The notes beneath the pieces are model-generated. The model ran no database searches and was not told where the DNA came from. It saw only the letters and a list, made by a program, of their open reading frames with translations. DNA of 18,933 nt from Pseudomonadota bacterium (GTDB lineage: Bacteria; UBA10199; 2-02-FULL-44-16; JAAZCA01). Shown here piece after piece: positions 1 to 7,370 of the stretch. Each line of letters starts with the position of its first letter. Within the stretch, counting starts at the first letter, position 1. Location of the stretch: assembly GCA_043822785.1 (NCBI GenBank), contig JBDRBN010000042.1:1-18933 (forward strand). The letters are read 5' to 3'. The position numbers and the translations under genes were made by a program.

Positions 1-104
1 TATAAGAATTCATTTTTCTCATGTCTAGGTGTCATTGCGAGGAGCGTTTAGCGACGAAGCAATCTCCCGCAAACACAGGTTATAAGGGGATTGCTTCGCT
101 TTGC
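1..104. repeat. Left copy of exact 104-bp direct terminal repeat (identical to 18830-18933)
   Basis: TATAAGAATTCATTTTTCTC...GATTGCTTCGCTTTGC at 1-104 matches 18830-18933 base for base. Confidence 0.97.
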
Positions 105-114
105 TCGCAATGAC
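31..114. repeat. REP-like palindromic element of the GTCATTGCGAG...CTCGCAATGAC family
   Basis: GTCATTGCGAG (31-41) pairs with CTCGCAATGAC (104-114), and the inner CGAAGCAATC (55-64) pairs with GATTGCTTCG (89-98). A related copy lies at 7215-7288. Confidence 0.9.
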
Positions 115-152
115 ATCCATGAAAAACATGCAGTTCTAACGCAACGACAGTG

Positions 153-223
153 CAATTTCTAATTTCGCCTTTTAGTGAACATACAAGAAGAGCGAAATTG
201 GAAATTAGATATTGGAAATTGGA
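153..223. repeat. Inverted heptamer-tract repeat (CAATTTC/GAAATTG units) downstream of guaB
   Basis: CAATTTC TAATTTC GC ... GC GAAATTG GAAATTA GATATTG GAAATTG; 154-168 pairs with 192-206. Confidence 0.8.
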
Positions 224-256
224 TTAAAGCCTCCACTCAAAGACTATTTCATATGT

Positions 257-1723
257 CTACTCTATGGAGTAATTCGGAGCTTCTTTAGTTATGATCACAT
301 CGTGGACGTGAGATTCTTTAAGGCCGGCAGCTGTTATCTTCACGAACTTAGCTTTTGTGGAAAGGTCCTCGATATTTTTACATCCAGAATATCCCATACC
401 TGAACGAAGCCCGCCTATCATCTGCGTAAGCACATCGCGCAATTTTCCGCGATATGGTACCCGACCTTCAATGCCCTCAGGCACGAGCTTTTTTGCATCT
501 GTCACTTCAGTCTGAAAGTAACGGTCCTTGCTGCCCTTTTTCATAGCACCAATAGAACCCATGCCCCTGTACGACTTATAGCTGCGGCCCTGGTATAGGA
601 CCACATCGCCTGGTGTCTCTTCTGTTCCGGCAAACATAGAGCCGATCATCACGCTGGATGCTCCAACAGCTAAGGCTTTTGTGATATCGCCGCTAAATTT
701 GATGCCGCCATCCGCAATCACCGGCACGCCCTTGCTTCGTGCATATGATGCCACATCAGCTATGGCAGTTACCTGAGGAATTCCGCAGCCAGCCACAATG
801 CGCGTGGTGCATATGGAACCAGGCCCCACTCCTACCTTAACCGTTGATGCACCTGCATCGATAAGCGCCTTTGCAGCATCTGCCGTGCCTATGTTGCCAC
901 CTATGATTTGTAAGTCAGGATAGTTTTTGCGAAGCGCCTTTACTGTATCTATCACGCCTTTTGAGTGGCCGTGCGCCGTATCTACAACGATGACATCAAC
1001 GCCTGCATCCACAAGTGCTGCTGCCCGTTCAAGTTCATTAGGCCCTACTCCGATAGCACCACCCACCCGAAGCCTTCCTAGCGTATCTTTTACAGCTTTT
1101 GGAAATAACTCTGCTTTTTTCAGATCGCGCACTGTGATTAGACCCTTAAGTGTGCCCGAGGCATCAACCAAAGGCAGCTTTTCTATGCGCCTGTCGCGCA
1201 GCATCTTTTTGGCTTCATCAAGGCCTATACCTGGTGTGCCAGTAACTAGCCTCTCTCTAGGGGTCATCACATCTGCAACCTTAAGGCTAAGATCATTTTC
1301 AAACTGCATATCCCTGTGCGTAATCATGCCCACAAGCTGGCTGCCATTTGTGACTGGAAAGCCCGATATGTTGTGCTCGGTTGTAAGCTGCACAAGCTGG
1401 GCCAGCTTCATGCCAGGGTTTACGGTGATGGGCTCAGACACAACGCCACTTTCATACTTTTTTACTCGCGCAATCTCTGCAGCTTGCTTGGGTATAGGCG
1501 AGTTCTTGTGGATGATGCCGATTCCACCCTCTTGGGCCATGGCTATGGCTGTGGCAGATTCGGTCACTGTATCCATTGCAGCAGAAATTATTGGAATATT
1601 AAGGTTTATTTCAGGCGTGAGTTTTGTGCTTATGTCTATGTCTTTAGGCAGGATTTCAGACGCACCAGGTATGAGCAAAATATCGTCAAAAGTAAGGCCT
1701 TCTCTGATGCGGTCGCCCAACAT
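257..1723 (-). CDS. guaB: IMP dehydrogenase with tandem CBS domains
   Basis: 488 aa with [15 protein letters not shown], catalytic loop [24 protein letters not shown] and C-terminal ESHVHDV..TKEAPNY. Confidence 0.99.
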   Translation of the reverse strand: MLGDRIREGLTFDDILLIPGASEILPKDIDISTKLTPEINLNIPIISAAMDTVTESATAIAMAQEGGIGIIHKNSPIPKQAAEIARVKKYESGVVSEPITVNPGMKLAQLVQLTTEHNISGFPVTNGSQLVGMITHRDMQFENDLSLKVADVMTPRERLVTGTPGIGLDEAKKMLRDRRIEKLPLVDASGTLKGLITVRDLKKAELFPKAVKDTLGRLRVGGAIGVGPNELERAAALVDAGVDVIVVDTAHGHSKGVIDTVKALRKNYPDLQIIGGNIGTADAAKALIDAGASTVKVGVGPGSICTTRIVAGCGIPQVTAIADVASYARSKGVPVIADGGIKFSGDITKALAVGASSVMIGSMFAGTEETPGDVVLYQGRSYKSYRGMGSIGAMKKGSKDRYFQTEVTDAKKLVPEGIEGRVPYRGKLRDVLTQMIGGLRSGMGYSGCKNIEDLSTKAKFVKITAAGLKESHVHDVIITKEAPNYSIE

Positions 1724-1729
1724 GGCGGG

Positions 1730-1757
1730 ACCATATACGATTTCGCTGTATTGTCAA
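1730..1757 (-). promoter_or_regulatory. Putative sigma70 promoter immediately upstream of guaB
   Basis: Minus strand reads TTGACA (1757-1752), 16 nt, TATGGT (1735-1730), 6 nt, ATG (1723). Confidence 0.6.
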
Positions 1758-1793
1758 GAACTTCGGGGGGTTAGTTAAGGTAAACCAATAACG

Positions 1794-1820
1794 CGAGAAA
1801 GACGAGACCTGCGAGACCTG
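1794..1820. repeat. Degenerate 9-mer tandem repeat, 3 units, in opposite orientation to 3051-3086
   Basis: CGAGAAAGA CGAGACCTG CGAGACCTG; the reverse-complement units end in TCTCG like the other copies. Confidence 0.6.
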
Positions 1821-1954
1821 TACAACCCGTGCCTGGCACCATGTTTCCATGTTTGTGCCATGTTTGAAAAAATGCCCTCAATGCTTATAAATCACTTTAA
1901 TAAAAACACCTAACATCTTAATATTAAAAGAATGTCGATTTGCTCCGTCATATA

Positions 1955-3049
1955 TTACAACCAGGTTTCATTTATTGCAGCGATCAGATCATCTGGGCCG
2001 ATTTTATCATTATTATCATCCTCTGCATCCCTGAGATCAGGGCTCATCTCTATATGGATGAACCGCCCTGTAATCGCCTGATCATCAGGCGCATCATTAC
2101 AACAGCGGCTCTTGGATACACCATTTGTGTACCGGCCCTGCACGTTTGTTGTAGCACAAAGAACCGTGCCCTTCTGTATGCCGCCGCTCTCATCAGACTG
2201 ACAGCTCGCCACTCCATCGTAACCGCTTTTAGTAGCTATTCTATTCATAAGTTTCTTTGCTAAAAGCACAGAGCTTGAAGTTGTTGCCATGCGCATGGAT
2301 CCATCAGAGAAAACAGCCTCAGGCGCGTTATCTTTCTTTCCGTGTATCTGCAAAAAAGTGGGCTTCTCATCCACATCGTTTAAAGCCATGTGCGCTGCAT
2401 GAAAAAGATTACACACGTCATGGGCGACATCAGATATTCGGAATGGCTCATCCTTATTGGAGGCACTGCATACGCTCGTTATTCCACTACAAAGAGAACT
2501 CTCGCTGTCTGAGCAGCGGTGGGCGCCAGCAATGAATAAAGCCTTTGAGTCGGTCTCTCTGAATATGTGCGCTGCAATGGTGCCTGTTGAAGTCTCGTAT
2601 TTGGGATGCGGGGCCTCGATTACCAGGTTAAGGCTGCCCTCTGGGTTAAAGGCAAAGAGCCCTTGATGCCTTTGCCCCTCCCTTTCCTTTTCGACCAGGA
2701 GCAGGTATGAAGCATCCTCGTTTTCATCATCGTTATATCGCAATAGCATATACCCAACCTCGGATGCTGCATCTTGCATTGCTTCGGTATCACCTTTCCA
2801 CAGATTTGTTATAAGCGTTCTGAAAGACTCGGCATCGCAATCATCAAGCAACACGTACGCCTCAGAACCAGCGCTAGGCATATCGCTTATGAATGATCCT
2901 ATTTTATCGCTTACAAAGTCTCCGCTCTCAATGCTAAGCCCAGCACCAGAGTCAGATACACTACCATCACCTGTATCTGTACGACTCTGCTGCGTCTTGC
3001 TGCAGGAGCAGATCAGCAGAAATATCATTATTATGAGTATGTGCTTCAT
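1955..3049 (-). CDS. Putative lipoprotein, possible Zn-dependent hydrolase of unknown function
   Basis: 364 aa with signal peptide MKHILIIMIFLLICSC ending in a lipobox-like Cys, a Ser/Gly/Asp linker, and motifs IEAPHP, LQIHG and FIHIE. Cys-rich. Confidence 0.75.
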   Translation of the reverse strand: MKHILIIMIFLLICSCSKTQQSRTDTGDGSVSDSGAGLSIESGDFVSDKIGSFISDMPSAGSEAYVLLDDCDAESFRTLITNLWKGDTEAMQDAASEVGYMLLRYNDDENEDASYLLLVEKEREGQRHQGLFAFNPEGSLNLVIEAPHPKYETSTGTIAAHIFRETDSKALFIAGAHRCSDSESSLCSGITSVCSASNKDEPFRISDVAHDVCNLFHAAHMALNDVDEKPTFLQIHGKKDNAPEAVFSDGSMRMATTSSSVLLAKKLMNRIATKSGYDGVASCQSDESGGIQKGTVLCATTNVQGRYTNGVSKSRCCNDAPDDQAITGRFIHIEMSPDLRDAEDDNNDKIGPDDLIAAINETWL

Positions 3050-3050
3050 A

Positions 3051-3086
3051 CGTTTCTCGCGTTGCTTGCGTTGCTGGCTTTTCTCG
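3051..3086. repeat. 9-mer tandem repeat, 4 units
   Basis: CGTTTCTCG CGTTGCTTG CGTTGCTGG CTTTTCTCG fills nearly the whole intergenic gap. Confidence 0.85.
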
Positions 3087-3091
3087 CGCAG

Positions 3092-5068
3092 TTATTCCCA
3101 CCTGGTCGGAGGCTTCTCAGGTTCTATTTCTTCGGTAGGTATAGTTTTAGCCTCAGGTTCAGCAGCAGGAGCAGGTTCTGGTGCTTTTGCTCGCGTAGTG
3201 GTCTTTGTGGACGGCGCATATTTTGGCACCTTGTAGGTGGATACTGTGAAGATCACACGGCGGTTGAGCGCACGACCCTCTTCTGTATCGTTAGAGGCAA
3301 CAGGTCTATATTGACCATATGCAACCGGTAGAAGCTGCACGTCGGAACGAACGCCATGCATTCTCATAAAATCAATCACATTTTGCGCACGTTTTAGAGA
3401 AAGACTTTGATTAGCTTGTGGGTTTCCCACGTTATCGGTGTTGCCACCAATTCTCACTACACTCACCCATGGCGTCTGGTTGATTACGCCAATTACCTGC
3501 ATGAGCGTTTCTTGCGCATCTGTTCTAATGTCGGACTTGCCGAAGTCAAAGTACACAGGTCGCAGCGTCTGGATTTCTCCACCGCGTATGGCAGTTCCAT
3601 AGCGATCAAGGTCAATTTGCCTAAGCTTTTGGACCTCGCTCCAATTAATATCGCCATAAGCATCGTGAAGCGTGTAATATTTTGGACACTTGGGATCGTC
3701 TACGCCCGCTTGATACTTCTCTGGCGACGGGCACTTTTTGGCTAGTATCCTGGATTCCTCAAGATCATAATACTTAGGACAAGCCTGGTCGTGTATTTGC
3801 GGATTCCAGTTCTCTGGGTTTGCCGGACACACCATACTCATCTCAGCAACCGCCATTGCAACGATGTTTCTTACATCTGAAGGATTATAGTTGTCAGACA
3901 GATAAAACACCTTGGGGCACGCCTCATCGTGTATGCCCTTTTGCCAATCTTCAGGCTTTGTAGGACAGCGAAGTATTAAACCAGCGAGCTCGCGCAGCTC
4001 ATAGTACTTAGGACATGCATCATCATGCACTCCCTGCTGCCAGTCTGCAGGATCAGGTGGACAGGTCCTCTTAAGTTCATAAAGCTGTGCCTTGGTTAGC
4101 CCAGAAAATTTAAGCGCACACAAAGAGCCAGCCTGGGCATCCAGCCTTTGCATCTTTGGCGGATTATACCGATACTTTACGCCAAGGATGCCTCTAATCC
4201 TAGCGCCCTTGACGCCGCAGACCAGACACGTACCTGCTCCGCCATGTAACGTTACCCCTGTATTCTTTATATCCCACCGCGCTCCTGCCATGAACTCAGT
4301 GGGGTTCATATCACGATCGTGAAAGAGTTTGTTAAAGGCAGCAATAGCATTGATCTCGCCAAACACATCTAGACCATGCTGGGGAAAGTTTCCTTCAATG
4401 CCGCCGCCTATGAGCAAGCGATGCTGCCAGTCGAGGTTGCTTATCACAACCTTTCGCCCGATCTGATAGCCCACATTCAGAGTAAGGCCCAACTGTCTCA
4501 TGACCCTGCCATCAAGGGCGATTTTAACACCGCCTGTAAAACCTGGATCACCCATATAATGGGAGTCATTGCCTGTAGGAAAAGTCATGAACGGAACAAA
4601 TGCCAAGCCCACATGCGAGACGCAGGCATCCAGAACGCGCGCCTTTCCCTCGAACCGTATGTCGCTTAGATCAAAATGATTTCTGATCGGCGTACCAGCT
4701 GCAGCGGTTGGGGATCTGAACTGATTAACCAAAACAAAAGGAACGTCGACGCCAAATTGCAGCCATTCTGTAGCGCCGATGGCTGCGACAAAGTCAGACA
4801 CAAGGGTATGGTCAATAACGCCTCTAAGGCGCGTGTTACCTTGCCTTATATCTAGCGGATGAAAGCCATATGAGAAATAGTTGCCCACATCGAACTGCAG
4901 CTGATGCAGGGTGCGCGTGCCATGAAGCATTAGGTATGTGTTGCGGCCTGTAGCGGGATTGAAAAATAGGACATTGAACGTTTGACTGTCAGCCAAGACA
5001 GGGGCTGGAATCGCTATTAAATAAGCGAAGAGAAAAAGCGCAAGTGCCAGCCTTGAAAAGATTTTCAT
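3092..5068 (-). CDS. OmpA-family outer membrane protein: signal peptide, predicted beta-barrel, four Cys repeats, OmpA-like peptidoglycan-binding domain, Pro/Glu/Lys tail
   Basis: ATG at 5068 follows AGGGGGAGGGG and begins the signal peptide MKIFSRLALALFLFAYLIAIPAPVLA. OmpA_C motifs: VYFDFGKSDI, GNTDNVG, NQSLSLKRAQNV, PVASNDTEEGRALNRRV. An alternative in-frame TTG lies at 5209. Confidence 0.9.
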   Translation of the reverse strand: MKIFSRLALALFLFAYLIAIPAPVLADSQTFNVLFFNPATGRNTYLMLHGTRTLHQLQFDVGNYFSYGFHPLDIRQGNTRLRGVIDHTLVSDFVAAIGATEWLQFGVDVPFVLVNQFRSPTAAAGTPIRNHFDLSDIRFEGKARVLDACVSHVGLAFVPFMTFPTGNDSHYMGDPGFTGGVKIALDGRVMRQLGLTLNVGYQIGRKVVISNLDWQHRLLIGGGIEGNFPQHGLDVFGEINAIAAFNKLFHDRDMNPTEFMAGARWDIKNTGVTLHGGAGTCLVCGVKGARIRGILGVKYRYNPPKMQRLDAQAGSLCALKFSGLTKAQLYELKRTCPPDPADWQQGVHDDACPKYYELRELAGLILRCPTKPEDWQKGIHDEACPKVFYLSDNYNPSDVRNIVAMAVAEMSMVCPANPENWNPQIHDQACPKYYDLEESRILAKKCPSPEKYQAGVDDPKCPKYYTLHDAYGDINWSEVQKLRQIDLDRYGTAIRGGEIQTLRPVYFDFGKSDIRTDAQETLMQVIGVINQTPWVSVVRIGGNTDNVGNPQANQSLSLKRAQNVIDFMRMHGVRSDVQLLPVAYGQYRPVASNDTEEGRALNRRVIFTVSTYKVPKYAPSTKTTTRAKAPEPAPAAEPEAKTIPTEEIEPEKPPTRWE

Positions 5069-5080
5069 GCCCCTCCCCCT

Positions 5081-5120
5081 AAGAAAAAATGGCCGACCGA
5101 CAGGGAGGCCATTTTTTCTT
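5081..5120 (-). terminator. Terminator-like hairpin inside the leader of the OmpA-family gene
   Basis: Perfect 14-bp inverted repeat AAGAAAAAATGGCC (5081-5094) / GGCCATTTTTTCTT (5107-5120) with a U-tract on either strand. It ends directly before the RBS. Confidence 0.6.
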
Positions 5121-5122
5121 CC

Positions 5123-5203
5123 TCCAATTTCTACTATTCTAATTTTTAATTGTTCGGCCGGCCATTTTTTCTGGAAATTAGAAATTAGAAAATGGAAATT
5201 GGA
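5123..5203. repeat. Inverted heptamer-tract repeat
   Basis: TCCAATTTCTACTATTCTAATTTTTAATT ... GAAATTA GAAATTA GAAAATG GAAATTG GA. Confidence 0.8.
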
Positions 5204-5247
5204 CGTCAAACTCTCTCCTCCTTCGAAATTTCTATTTTATTTTTAAA

Positions 5248-5276
5248 AATATACCAAACCAACATTGACCTGGCAA
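5248..5276 (-). promoter_or_regulatory. Putative sigma70 promoter for the OmpA-family gene
   Basis: Minus strand reads TTGCCA (5276-5271), 17 nt ending in TGG (extended -10), TATATT (5253-5248). Confidence 0.65.
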
Positions 5277-5282
5277 TGCATT

Positions 5283-6539
5283 TTACTTGGTCTTTTTCTC
5301 TTTTGGTTTGACCCTCTTTACATGAAAACCAAAGAGTCTGCCCGAGTTGCTGAGCACATATATATGCTCATCATCTGTTACAACCGGATCGCCCAAGCTT
5401 CCTTTTCTGATATAACGCTCATAGGCAATGTCGCCCGTTTCACTCTCTACCACATATATCTTATCAATGGTCGATACGACCGTGATAAATCCATTACCCG
5501 CGGCTGGCGATGACACGGCGGGCTTTTCAAAATCCTGGGACCAGAAAATAAGGCCTGTAGCTGGATCCAACGCATAGAGGTTGCCTCCTCCTGTGCTGTA
5601 TAGCCTGCCATCCCTGTGGATAATGTCTCCAACGCCACCTGCATCGCTTGCCCAGTGTACAGAACCATTTGTAGGATCAAGGCTATAGAGAAAACCATCA
5701 GCAGAAGCGACATATAGCGTGTTCTCGTGAAGAAGCGGCGTGCTATCCACATCATAAATCTGGCTCTGCCTGCTGCCTAGCTTGCTCACCCATGCAATAT
5801 GCCCATCAGCCTGGCTAATAGCCCTTACATCGCCTGTTGAAGTGCCCTGATAGATAAACCCAAAACCAGCAACTGGTGTGGCACAGCGCCTAACAGAAAA
5901 GCCAAACTCACGCTCGTTAGGCGGCGTGTGCCAATATTCAACCCCTGTGGCCGTATCCAGTGCATACAACCTTCCGGACATGCTTGGTATGTAAAGCCTT
6001 GATCCTAAGATAAGCGGCGCAGCTAGTATCTCTGTGTCGAGCTGACTTTCCCACTTCACAGTGCCATCAAATGCATCAAGGGCATAGAGCACGCCCTTTG
6101 CATCTCCAAAATAGACTGTGCCATTTGAAAAAGCAGCCTTGCTCTGGACCGAGCCCTTTGTCTTAAACTTCCAGAGTTTTTTTCCGCGGTTTACGTCAAA
6201 TGCATAGAACACGCCAGCATCAACTCCCACATAAAGGCGACCGTCTGCAATAAGCGGTGTGGAAAACTGATATGGCCTCTTGTTCCAAAAAGATGATTTC
6301 TTAAGACGGGATATTTTATCCTTCTTTACCTTGAACCGCCTGTATGCATCGCTTCCGCCATAACGCTTAGCTCTGCGATACTGCTTGGGCCTTTGGTGCG
6401 ACTGCTGACTTGTAAAGTGGCGCTTTCGTGGCTGCCTTGCAGCACACACATCTGTTGAGAAACTTAAAATCGATGAAATTAGCAGAACGCATATACAAAC
6501 TAAACTCAGCTGGCGTTGTAACCCTTTGCATACAACCAT
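5283..6539 (-). CDS. PQQ-like beta-propeller protein, BamB-like
   Basis: 418 aa with repeated LYAL D..tG...W blades (YAFDVNRGKKLWK, LYALDAFDGTVKW, LYALDTATGVEYW, LYSLDPTNGSVHW). GAGGAG RBS. It follows the yfgM-like gene near der, as bamB does in other bacteria. Confidence 0.85.
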   Translation of the reverse strand: MVVCKGLQRQLSLVCICVLLISSILSFSTDVCAARQPRKRHFTSQQSHQRPKQYRRAKRYGGSDAYRRFKVKKDKISRLKKSSFWNKRPYQFSTPLIADGRLYVGVDAGVFYAFDVNRGKKLWKFKTKGSVQSKAAFSNGTVYFGDAKGVLYALDAFDGTVKWESQLDTEILAAPLILGSRLYIPSMSGRLYALDTATGVEYWHTPPNEREFGFSVRRCATPVAGFGFIYQGTSTGDVRAISQADGHIAWVSKLGSRQSQIYDVDSTPLLHENTLYVASADGFLYSLDPTNGSVHWASDAGGVGDIIHRDGRLYSTGGGNLYALDPATGLIFWSQDFEKPAVSSPAAGNGFITVVSTIDKIYVVESETGDIAYERYIRKGSLGDPVVTDDEHIYVLSNSGRLFGFHVKRVKPKEKKTK

Positions 6540-7195
6540 AGAAGGCGCTCCTCACTGACTTCTCGCACGGCGACGTCGTACTCGCCGGCATCTTCGATTA
6601 TCATTTCATAGAGCTTGGCTGCAGAATCGTAGTCATTTGCCCGCTCCAAGCAGGCAGCAGCCATGAGCTCGCTATACAGCGCTAACTCGTTATGTGGATC
6701 TGCAGCTGCCTTGCGAAAGGTTTTTGCGGCTTCAGCAGGATCACCTGCTGCAAGCTGGACATCAGCAAGCCTGTGGAGGGCAGCAATTCTAAACATGGGT
6801 TGATTTCGCGAACCATCTGCCAGCATCATAAAGTGTTTTGCTGCAGCTTGAAAGTTGCCTTCTTCAAGAAGCAAGCCGCCAAGTTCCATTAACGCGTATT
6901 TTCCAGCAAACGTGCGCGAGTATTTATCAGCTATGGATTCGAGTTGATCGATTTTTTCATCAGTTTTAGGAGAACTCTTTTCCAGCTCATATAGTTTTTC
7001 TGCTGCTGATCTTGCTTTGTGTTGTCCGTATGCACTGGCGCCAACGACGACTGCAAATACAACCATGCACAAAGCTACGACCTCAATAGCTGTGGTCCAG
7101 TGTTTACGTAGCCAAAGCATCACATGCAAAGTCCAATCTTTGAATTCGTCGTGCGACTTATCTTTTCCGCGTGGAAGTCGTTTATAGGTAGCTAT
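6506..7195 (-). CDS. YfgM-like membrane-anchored TPR protein, probable ATA start
   Basis: Basic N-terminus with DEF, one TM helix (IEVVALCMVVFAVVVGASAY), then TPR-like helices (KYSRTFAGKYALMELG). AAGGAGGT lies 5 nt before the in-frame ATA at 7195. Confidence 0.8.
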   Translation of the reverse strand: MATYKRLPRGKDKSHDEFKDWTLHVMLWLRKHWTTAIEVVALCMVVFAVVVGASAYGQHKARSAAEKLYELEKSSPKTDEKIDQLESIADKYSRTFAGKYALMELGGLLLEEGNFQAAAKHFMMLADGSRNQPMFRIAALHRLADVQLAAGDPAEAAKTFRKAAADPHNELALYSELMAAACLERANDYDSAAKLYEMIIEDAGEYDVAVREVSEERLLWLYAKGYNAS

Positions 7196-7214
7196 GGGAC
7201 ACCTCCTTCTGCTT

Positions 7215-7288
7215 GTCATCGCGAGGAGCCGTAGGCGACGTGGCGATCCCATGAGGTTCGAAGATTGCTTCGCTTCGCTCGCAATGAC
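7215..7288. repeat. Second GTCATTGCGAG-family palindromic element
   Basis: GTCATCGCGAGGAGCCGTAGGCGACGTGGCGATC...GATTGCTTCGCTTCGCTCGCAATGAC, same architecture as 31-114. Confidence 0.9.
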
Positions 7289-7370
7289 ATCTTTTTTAGA
7301 TCTAGCCTGTAACAAAGCCCCATGTTCTTGTCAACTTGCAACCTGTTGACTTTACAGTAATTTTTGCCCG

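Larger units (their letters stand above)
1..152. mobile_element. Right part of a non-autonomous MITE-like foldback element, right TIR at 135-152
   Basis: TCTAACGCAACGACAGTG (135-152) is the reverse complement of CACTGTTGTTGCGTTAGA (18794-18811) at 17/18 positions. There is no ORF, and mobility is inferred. Confidence 0.6.

Noticed and set aside
927..1778. 283-aa plus-strand ORF and the other short plus-strand ORFs opposite guaB, der, prfB and phoH
   Set aside because: Antisense shadows of well-conserved genes with no recognisable motifs.
1829..1865. GTGCCTGGCAC palindrome followed by three CCATGTTT copies
   Set aside because: Real but short and single-copy here; it cannot be assigned as an operator or repeat family from this window.
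7196..7315. N-terminal extension of the yfgM-like ORF (VIASEAKQS...RLLAMT)
   Set aside because: It is a translation of the GTCATTGCGAG palindrome, and a strong SD lies downstream of it.
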